Virus record (IMG/VR): IMGVR_UViG_2778261593_000007
Location: 1 to 6,822 of that record
Reading direction: 5' to 3' (one strand)
Source: a virus
Taxonomy: Duplodnaviria > Heunggongvirae > Uroviricota > Caudoviricetes
Length of the DNA: 6,822 bases
Shown here: piece after piece, positions 1-4,681 of the stretch
Layout: each line of letters begins with the position of its first letter
Numbering within the stretch: the stretch's first letter is position 1
Translations under genes and position numbers: made by a program
Notes under the pieces: generated by a model
Database searches by the model: none
Told to the model about the DNA's origin: nothing
The model's input: only the letters and a program-made list of their open reading frames with translations

Positions 1-753
1 CTGAACCACATTATCTGGGCGAAGCCGTCCGGACGCTGGAACGGATGCAACAAGGAAAGCCTGCGGGCGTATTTCCCGGCAACAGAACGCATTCTGTTTG
101 CGGAACATTATCAGGGGCCATACCAGCCCAAAAATGACGGCTATGCGGCAAAGGGGCGCGAGCTAAAACAGCACGTCATGGCCCCGCTGATTTCTTACTT
201 TCGTGATGCGCGTGAATCACTGGGGGTAACATCGAAACAGATAGCGGAAGCCACCGGAAAGAAAAACATGGCGTCACATTGGTTTGGTACCAGTCAGTGG
301 CAGTTGCCGAACGAGGGTGATTACAGAAAACTGCAGGTGTTATTTGCACGTGTAGCGGCAGAAAAGCATCAGCGCGGAGAACTGGAAAAACCACATCACC
401 AGCTGGTCAGCGCATACAGTGAACTGAACCGGCAATATGCCAGTCTGCTGGATGAATACAAATCACTGCGGCGTTATTTTTCCGTATCAGCTGCAGTGCC
501 GTATACGGATGTCTGGACGCACAAGCCCGTGCAGTATTATCCGGGCAAACATCCCTGCGAAAAACCGGCGGATATGTTGCGGCAGATAATAGAGGCCAGC
601 AGTCACCCTGGTGATTTGGTTGCGGATTTCTTTATGGGATCCGGGTCAACAATAAAAGCGGCGATGGCGCTGGGGCGTCGGGTAATCGGCGTTGAGCTTG
701 AAACTGAACGGTTTGAACAGACAGTCGGTGAAATTTCGGCAATGTGCAATTAA
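1..753 (+). CDS. DNA methyltransferase, beta-class N6-adenine/N4-cytosine (N6_N4_Mtase-like); 5' partial, open to window start
   Basis: Frame 1 is open from nt 1 to TAA 751-753, so the first ATG at 178 is internal. C-terminal part has HPCEKPADMLRQII followed by the SAM-binding motif DFFMGSGST, the order seen in beta-class amino-methyltransferases. The catalytic (D/N)PPY motif would lie upstream, outside the window. Confidence 0.8.
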   Translation: MNHIIWAKPSGRWNGCNKESLRAYFPATERILFAEHYQGPYQPKNDGYAAKGRELKQHVMAPLISYFRDARESLGVTSKQIAEATGKKNMASHWFGTSQWQLPNEGDYRKLQVLFARVAAEKHQRGELEKPHHQLVSAYSELNRQYASLLDEYKSLRRYFSVSAAVPYTDVWTHKPVQYYPGKHPCEKPADMLRQIIEASSHPGDLVADFFMGSGSTIKAAMALGRRVIGVELETERFEQTVGEISAMCN

Positions 754-780
754 ACCCGCCTCCATGCGGGTTGTGGTTTT
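753..780. terminator. Putative bidirectional intrinsic terminator between convergent genes
   Basis: Hairpin AACCCGC(753-759)/GCGGGTT(766-772) with loop CTCCAT, followed by GTGGTTTT (T-tract 777-780) on the + strand. It sits immediately after the methyltransferase stop and overlaps the stop of the minus-strand gene ending at 779. Confidence 0.45.
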
Positions 781-1093
781 ATGGGGTTTCAAAACTTGAT
801 TTTGATTGTTTTGAATCTAGGCGGCATGGTAATGAGATGATGCCTCGCCACCCAGGGTATGCTTTCTTAAAATCAGAAATTGCTTGCGGTTTTATTTTCC
901 CTTGCTGGATTTTTTGAAAGTCATCGAAATACAACCCGTATTTTCCACATTTCGGACAGTGAACCCTGACACCATCGGTCATGCCAAAAACACCATCGTT
1001 GTATTCAGTATCAAATTTTAAATTTGTCAGGTCTCTGAAACGCCCGCGCTCCACTTTGGCGTGAGCGTAACATGCTGGACATTGCTGATTCAT
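779..1093 (-). CDS. Hypothetical zinc-ribbon protein (104 aa), moron-like
   Basis: ORF with ATG at 1093-1091 and a GAGG Shine-Dalgarno 7 nt upstream (revcomp of 1101-1104). Two Cys pairs, CPAC near the N-terminus and HCPKCG about 40 residues later, suggest a zinc ribbon. Hand-counted GC is about 40% versus 55-60% in neighbours, and orientation is opposite to the late operon. Confidence 0.6.
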   Translation of the reverse strand: MNQQCPACYAHAKVERGRFRDLTNLKFDTEYNDGVFGMTDGVRVHCPKCGKYGLYFDDFQKIQQGKIKPQAISDFKKAYPGWRGIISLPCRLDSKQSKSSFETP

Positions 1094-1338
1094 CTGAAAA
1101 CCTCTATGAAGAATCGTTACTAATCATTGAAAGCGTCCGGACTTATGACGCCATGTATAACGTAATATTTTTACCAGAAAAAACAACTCGTTAAATCTTT
1201 CATATCCGCGCCGCGCCCGGCGCACATCAAAAAACCACAGAGCCTTTCAGGGGTGAGCTTACGGGATGGTCAGTGTGACTTTCTCTGTGGGCTGGTCACC
1301 CCCGGGCGCAGGCTCACCCACTAAAAGGAAAAGTCACT
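1094..1338. promoter_or_regulatory. Divergent intergenic region with GC-rich hairpin and a long-range inverted repeat in the leader of the downstream gene
   Basis: 245-bp gap between divergently oriented genes. GC hairpin GCGCCG(1208-1213)/CGGCGC(1218-1223). Long-range 8-bp complementary arms GGGTGAGC(1251-1258)/GCTCACCC(1312-1319) lie just upstream of SD AGGA 1326-1329. I could not place convincing sigma70 -35/-10 hexamers by eye. Confidence 0.3.
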
Positions 1339-1764
1339 ATGTTTGGTATTTTCAAAAAGAAAACCCGCAAGGCCATTACTGAAGTGAAGAAGATGGAGAA
1401 CCGCGACGCAGTGGAGGCGACTGTCTGGGGCGCGTATTCCATTGCATTCGCTGACGGTACCTGTGATGCGAAAGAAATCGCGGTACTGGAGAAAACCATT
1501 GCAGCACTCCCTGCCTTTGCGCCGTTCTCCGGTGAGATTGCACAAATGAGTGCAAATATCCGCGCCCGTTATGAAGCGTCGCCGCGCTCTGCCAATGCTG
1601 AAGCCCTTCGTCAGCTGGCTGACGTGGCAGGTACTGATGACGCGGTGAATGTGCTGTGCTTGTGTCTTGATATCGCTGACCAGGATGGCATTGGTCCGGA
1701 TGAAGAAGCACAACTCAAGAAAATTGCTCAGGCACTGCAGTTGCCGCTGGAGCAGTACCTGTGA
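1339..1764 (+). CDS. TerB-like domain protein (tellurite-resistance TerB fold), 141 aa
   Basis: ATG 1339 with SD AAGGA 1325-1329. Two acidic D-G-x(4,5)-E motifs (AFADGTCDAKEIAVLEK and DIADQDGIGPDEEAQLKKIAQAL) and a basic N-terminus (MFGIFKKKTRKA...KKM) resemble TerB family proteins as I recall them. Codon usage matches neighbouring phage genes. Confidence 0.65.
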   Translation: MFGIFKKKTRKAITEVKKMENRDAVEATVWGAYSIAFADGTCDAKEIAVLEKTIAALPAFAPFSGEIAQMSANIRARYEASPRSANAEALRQLADVAGTDDAVNVLCLCLDIADQDGIGPDEEAQLKKIAQALQLPLEQYL

Positions 1765-1913
1765 AAAGTGCGCGCCTTGTGCTGGCTGCCATCCTGCTGT
1801 TTCTGGTAGTGGCGGTGGATTTCACCGGACGACTGATGTCGGTGCTGGCAGATGGTGTGCTGGTGGCGATGGCGCTGGTCGTGCTCCGGCCTTTACTGCG
1901 TAAATCTGAATAA
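1761..1913 (+). CDS. Small membrane protein, 50 aa, two predicted TM helices (GTG start)
   Basis: GTG 1761 overlaps the upstream TGA as GTGA; SD GGAG at 1749-1752 with 8-nt spacer. Translation VKSARLVLAAILLFLVVAVDFTGRLMSVLADGVLVAMALVVLRPLLRKSE is strongly hydrophobic with CTG/GTG/GCG-rich codons. Absent from the ORF track only because it is under 60 aa. It fills an otherwise unexplained 238-nt gap. Confidence 0.4.
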   Translation: MKSARLVLAAILLFLVVAVDFTGRLMSVLADGVLVAMALVVLRPLLRKSE

Positions 1914-1920
1914 CACCACA

Positions 1921-1986
1921 CAAAAGGCATCTGCGGGTGCCTTTGACGGGGTGTTTTTATGGGCCGCTGGTGGCCCTTTTTTATTT
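1921..1986 (+). terminator. Putative rho-independent terminator (tandem hairpins plus T-tract) upstream of the lysis genes
   Basis: Hairpin 1: AAAGGCA(1923-1929)/TGCCTTT(1938-1944). Hairpin 2: GGGCC(1961-1965), loop GCTGGT, GGCCC(1972-1976), followed directly by TTTTTTATTT (1977-1986). Confidence 0.5.
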
Positions 1987-2001
1987 ACAGGAGAAAAAAG
2001 T

Positions 2002-2394
2002 ATGTCTGAACCCTTATCCGGTTCCGGCACGGCTGCGGCGCTCGGCGGGGCGACGGTATTCGGGCTGTTTACCGGAACGGATTTCGGGATTGTGTTTGGT
2101 GCGTTCGCCGGGGCGTTATTTGTGGCAACGATGCCGCAGGCGCTTTCAGCCTGGCGTGTGGCGGCGCATTTTCTGGTGTCGTTCATTATCGGCGTGCTGG
2201 GGGCAGAGGTTCTGGCATCCTGGCTGGTAAAGCATACAGAGTTTGACGGTGCACCTGTCGACGCATTGTGTGCAGTACTGGTGTCTGTATTGTCGGTAAA
2301 AGTGCTGTCCTTTGTGCACAGGCAGGACGTTATATCACTGATGTCCTGTCTGCTCTCCCGCCTGAAGAGTGGTGGAGGCGACAATGTTAAGTAA
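2002..2394 (+). CDS. Putative holin / lysis-cassette membrane protein (130 aa, 3-4 predicted TM segments)
   Basis: ATG 2002 with SD AGGAG 1989-1993 (8-nt spacer). Gly/Ala-rich hydrophobic segments (TAAALGGATVFGLFTG, FGIVFGAFAGALFVATM, AAHFLVSFIIGVLGAEVLASWL). Lies immediately upstream of the endolysin. Function is inferred from position and hydropathy only. Confidence 0.55.
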   Translation: MSEPLSGSGTAAALGGATVFGLFTGTDFGIVFGAFAGALFVATMPQALSAWRVAAHFLVSFIIGVLGAEVLASWLVKHTEFDGAPVDALCAVLVSVLSVKVLSFVHRQDVISLMSCLLSRLKSGGGDNVK

Positions 2395-2659
2395 CCTTCC
2401 CGGATTACTGAATGTGGCGTTATGCACGGTTATCGTGCTGACGCTCTTTTTTTATCGTCGCCGTGATTCCAGACATAAACCGCTGATGTCATGGCTGGCC
2501 TGGCTGCTGATGTTGCTTTATGGCTTTGTTCCACTCAGCTATCTGTGTGGTCGCCCGTTAGAAACAGACTGGTTCCAGGTGTTTTTTAACCTGCTGTTCT
2601 GCGTGCTGGTGATACGCGCACGCGGGAACGTCACAAAAATCTTTCCATTGTTGAGGTGA
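2384..2659 (+). CDS. Putative holin (91 aa from ATG 2384, about 3 TM segments, charged C-terminus)
   Basis: ATG 2384 with SD GGAGG 2374-2378 (5-nt spacer); overlaps the upstream gene by 11 nt. The ORF track extends it to GTG 2369. Hydrophobic segments LLNVALCTVIVLTLFFY, LMSWLAWLLMLLYGFVPLSYL, WFQVFFNLLFCVLVI, then basic tail RARGNVTKIFPLLR. Stop TGA 2657-2659 lies 2 nt before the endolysin ATG. Confidence 0.55.
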   Translation: MLSNLPGLLNVALCTVIVLTLFFYRRRDSRHKPLMSWLAWLLMLLYGFVPLSYLCGRPLETDWFQVFFNLLFCVLVIRARGNVTKIFPLLR

Positions 2660-2661
2660 AT

Positions 2662-3039
2662 ATGTCGGGTAAATTCAGATTTAGTCGTCGCAGCGAAAAG
2701 AATCTGGAGGGCGTTAAACCACAGCTGGTTGCTGTCGTTCGCCGTGCGCTGGAGCTGACGGAGGTTGATTTCGGTATTACGGAAGGGCTGCGCACGAAAG
2801 AACGCCAGAAACAGCTGGTCGCGGAAGGGAAAAGCCAGACCATGAACAGCCGCCACCTGACCGGTGATGCGGTGGATGTTGTTGCCTGGGTTGGCAGCCA
2901 GGTGTCATGGGACTGGCCTCTGTACGAGAAAATCGCGCAGGCATTTAAGCAGGCTGCCGCAGAGCTGGGAACTGCCATCGAATGGGGCGGGGACTGGAAA
3001 ACACTGAAAGACGGGCCTCACTTTCAGTTGAAACGCTGA
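2662..3039 (+). CDS. Endolysin, peptidase M15 family (L-alanyl-D-glutamate endopeptidase, phage T5 Lys-like)
   Basis: ATG 2662 with SD GAGGTG 2653-2658. N-terminal block SEKNLEGVKPQLVAVVRRALELTEVDFGITEGLRT closely parallels T5 endolysin as recalled. Zinc-ligand motifs SRHLTGDAVD and DGPHFQL are typical of M15/VanY peptidases. GTG 2656 is an alternative start. Confidence 0.85.
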   Translation: MSGKFRFSRRSEKNLEGVKPQLVAVVRRALELTEVDFGITEGLRTKERQKQLVAEGKSQTMNSRHLTGDAVDVVAWVGSQVSWDWPLYEKIAQAFKQAAAELGTAIEWGGDWKTLKDGPHFQLKR

Positions 3040-3053
3040 TAACCAGGTGTGTT

Positions 3054-3236
3054 ATGAGCAGAAAACACTGGACACACAGAATGCCGCGAACGGCGGCGAA
3101 ATGGGCACTGGTAGTGATACTGGTGCCTTTTTTATTGGTGGGATGCGTTAGCCTGGATAAGGCGCGCCAGCTTTTCGATACGGCTTCTCAGGTCTGTGAA
3201 ATTGTCGACGGTGTTCGGCAGTGTCTGCAGAACTGA
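3054..3236 (+). CDS. Small lipoprotein (60 aa), possible o-spanin-like or lysis-associated lipoprotein
   Basis: ATG 3054 with SD AGGTG 3045-3049. Basic N-region, hydrophobic core and lipobox LLVG-C (AAKWALVVILVPFLLVGC). The roughly 29-aa mature part has two Cys. No N-terminal-TM coiled-coil i-spanin partner is detectable. Confidence 0.55.
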   Translation: MSRKHWTHRMPRTAAKWALVVILVPFLLVGCVSLDKARQLFDTASQVCEIVDGVRQCLQN

Positions 3237-3275
3237 TCGCTGACACTCCGCATCTATATTTAAGAGGGTAGATTA

Positions 3276-3404
3276 ATGGAGAAGAAAAATAATCTAAATA
3301 AAAAAGCTGCTGCATCAGCAAATGTAGCAGTTGGCACTCGACTTAATTCAGAATGCTTCGAGAAGATAAATTCTGAATTGTTGGCGCTGTTTGATAAGAC
3401 GTGA
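3276..3404 (+). CDS. Hypothetical small protein (42 aa), AT-rich
   Basis: ATG 3276 with SD GAGG 3264-3267 (8-nt spacer), stop TGA 3402-3404. Translation MEKKNNLNKKAAASANVAVGTRLNSECFEKINSELLALFDKT. A/T-ending codons contrast with the flanking phage genes. Not in the ORF track because it is under 60 aa. Confidence 0.3.
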   Translation: MEKKNNLNKKAAASANVAVGTRLNSECFEKINSELLALFDKT

Positions 3405-3483
3405 AATTGCCGGAAGGCGCAGTCGTTACTGAGTAACAGGCATTACAGCAGCCCTTCACACAGCGATGGGCTGCGATAATGCT

Positions 3484-3684
3484 TTAGTTGTCTTTCATAA
3501 ATCCTTTAATGGCCCATCCCACAAGCCTGATGATGCTGTATACCAACAAGGCAGATATCAGGGAAACAAGGATATCAAACAGTGAAAACCCCCGGGTCTC
3601 TGTTGATAAAAGGCCGAAAATGAACACCAGAATAGCTAACAGAATTCCTACCCGGTGAAAGCCTTTAGAAATCGTGTTTTTCAT
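3484..3684 (-). CDS. Small membrane protein (66 aa, two predicted TM helices), moron-like
   Basis: ATG at 3684-3682 with a strong SD GGAGG (revcomp of 3688-3692). Hydrophobic helices GILLAILVFIFGLL and ILVSLISALLVYSIIRLVGWAI. Hand-counted GC about 41%. Opposite orientation to the late operon, in the position lambda uses for bor. Confidence 0.6.
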   Translation of the reverse strand: MKNTISKGFHRVGILLAILVFIFGLLSTETRGFSLFDILVSLISALLVYSIIRLVGWAIKGFMKDN

Positions 3685-3744
3685 TTGTCCTCCGTATTGT
3701 TTTTTTAAAGGGTGGGAATTTTAACATCAGATGAGTGAAGTTCT
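3685..3744. promoter_or_regulatory. Divergent intergenic region, probable promoters for the minus-strand membrane protein gene and the HNH/packaging genes
   Basis: 60-bp AT-rich spacer with a T7 tract (3698-3704). Weak candidate + strand hexamers TTGTTT (3697-3702) and TAACAT (3721-3726) at 18-bp spacing. Not strong. Confidence 0.25.
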
Positions 3745-4095
3745 ATGCCGTCACGAATCCCCCGCGCATGCCGTAAGCGAGGCTGCGCAGGCACAACAAC
3801 AGACAGCTCTGGCTACTGCGATAAACATCGGGGTGAAGGCTGGGTGCAGCACCAGCGCGGACTGAGCCGCCACCAGCGTGGCTATGGCTCAAAATGGACG
3901 GTGATTCGCGCCCGTATACTGAAGCGCGATAAAGGTCTGTGTCAGTTGTGTCTGCGTGTTGGTGTGGTGAGCGAGGCGAAAACTGTCGACCACATCATCC
4001 CGAAAGCGCATGGCGGAACAGACGCAGACAGCAACCTGCAGAGTCTGTGCTGGCCCTGCCATAAAGCGAAAACAGCGCGCGAACGAATCAGGTGA
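3745..4095 (+). CDS. HNH endonuclease, phage packaging-associated (HK97 gp74-like)
   Basis: N-terminal Cys cluster (CRKRGC...YCDKH) and C-terminal HNH motif DHIIPKAHGGTDADSNLQSLCWPCHKAKT. Located immediately upstream of the terminase small subunit, as in HK97-like phages. Confidence 0.85.
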   Translation: MPSRIPRACRKRGCAGTTTDSSGYCDKHRGEGWVQHQRGLSRHQRGYGSKWTVIRARILKRDKGLCQLCLRVGVVSEAKTVDHIIPKAHGGTDADSNLQSLCWPCHKAKTARERIR

Positions 4096-4210
4096 TAATT
4101 ATTCTCACTTGTGGGGAGGGGCGGGTCAAATCCCTGCAACCCTGGCTGTCCGGGACCGCCCGCCCCGTCAAATTTTTACACCCGCGAAATTAAAAATTTC
4201 AGGATTTGAC
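4096..4210. other. Candidate cos / terminase recognition region between HNH and terminase small subunit genes
   Basis: GC-rich inverted repeat GGGGCGGG(4118-4125)/CCCGCCCC(4159-4166), then a perfect 9-bp AT-rich inverted repeat AAATTTTTA(4170-4178)/TAAAAATTT(4191-4199) just before the terminase small subunit SD and ATG 4211. By analogy with HK97, cos lies between the HNH gene and gene 1. Confidence 0.4.
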
Positions 4211-4681
4211 ATGTCAGGAAAATCTGTTGCGCCCGGAAGAGGGAGAAAGCCGAAGCCGACCACCCGTAAGGAGCTGGCAGGCAATCCCGGCAAGCGGGCA
4301 TTAAATAAGTTTGAGCCAAAATTCACGCCGATCACCCATGCTGACCCTCCCGAGTGGTTTGATGAAACCGCTCGCCATATGTGGGATACCATTATTCGTG
4401 AGCTCTGTGCCCAGCGAGTTCTTTATGTTACTGATTTGCATAATGTCGTTGCATTCTGCACTGCTTTTCGCAACTGGCATGAGTCGCAGCAGGAGGTTAT
4501 GCGCGTTGGGATTACGGTAGAGAGTGAGGCGGGGCCAAAGAAAAACCCGGCACTCACGGCGGCAAATGAGGCCGCCAGACAAATGGTGACATTCGGTAGT
4601 TTATTAGGGCTCGATCCTGCCAGTCGGCAGCGGCTTATGACGCCGAAGCAGGGGAGCGATAATCCATTTAAAAACCTATGA
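4211..4681 (+). CDS. Terminase small subunit (P27/HK97 gp1-like family), 156 aa
   Basis: ATG 4211 with SD AGGA 4201-4204. Basic N-terminus with the GNPGKR motif ([24 protein letters not shown]). Stop overlaps the large subunit start as ATGA. The track ORF 4010-4681 is an in-frame read-through of the intergenic region. Confidence 0.8.
   Translation: MSGKSVAPGRGRKPKPTTRKELAGNPGKRALNKFEPKFTPITHADPPEWFDETARHMWDTIIRELCAQRVLYVTDLHNVVAFCTAFRNWHESQQEVMRVGITVESEAGPKKNPALTAANEAARQMVTFGSLLGLDPASRQRLMTPKQGSDNPFKNL

Noticed and set aside
176-394. 72-aa minus-strand ORF within the methyltransferase gene
   Set aside because: Antisense to an open frame with recognisable methyltransferase motifs; no start signal.
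1208-1236. GC hairpin GCGCCG/CGGCGC followed by an A6 tract as a possible terminator
   Set aside because: The hairpin is followed by an A-tract on the + strand and preceded by the T-tract on the minus strand, so it fits a canonical intrinsic terminator in neither direction.
1251-1319. Possible tRNA gene suggested by a 7-8 bp acceptor-like stem enclosing about 53 nt
   Set aside because: No T-loop consensus (GTTCGAATC-like), no D-arm complementarity at the expected positions, no CCA or discriminator context, and at about 68 nt it is too short. More likely a leader hairpin.
1321-2384. Track ORFs antisense or out-of-frame to the TerB-like and holin genes (1321-1713 -, 1376-1711 -, 1649-1903 +, 1715-1930 -, 1893-2384 -, 1937-2230 +, 1314-1499 -)
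   Set aside because: They overlap better-supported genes, have Cys/Arg/Ser/Thr-rich low-complexity translations typical of spurious frames in GC-rich coding DNA, and lack SD sequences.
2369-2386. Possible lambda-S-like dual-start motif (GTG 2369 / ATG 2384) in the second holin-like gene
   Set aside because: Only ATG 2384 has a well-spaced GGAGG SD, and the GTG lies within that SD region. Plausible but not supportable from sequence alone.
2539-2978. Minus-strand ORFs 2539-2856 and 2631-2978 antisense to the endolysin
   Set aside because: Antisense to a confidently identified M15 endolysin; no RBS; composition consistent with a shadow ORF.
2982-3236. Longer 84-aa form of the lipoprotein ORF starting at 2982
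   Set aside because: The extension overlaps the endolysin 3' end and lacks an SD. ATG 3054 has SD AGGTG and yields a canonical signal peptide and lipobox.
4010-4681. 223-aa ORF in the track extending the terminase small subunit upstream through the HNH 3' end and the intergenic region
   Set aside because: The upstream extension overlaps the HNH gene in another frame and spans the GC-rich and AT-rich inverted repeats of the cos-like region. ATG 4211 has an SD and gives the basic GNPGKR N-terminus typical of small terminases. The open frame is coincidental.
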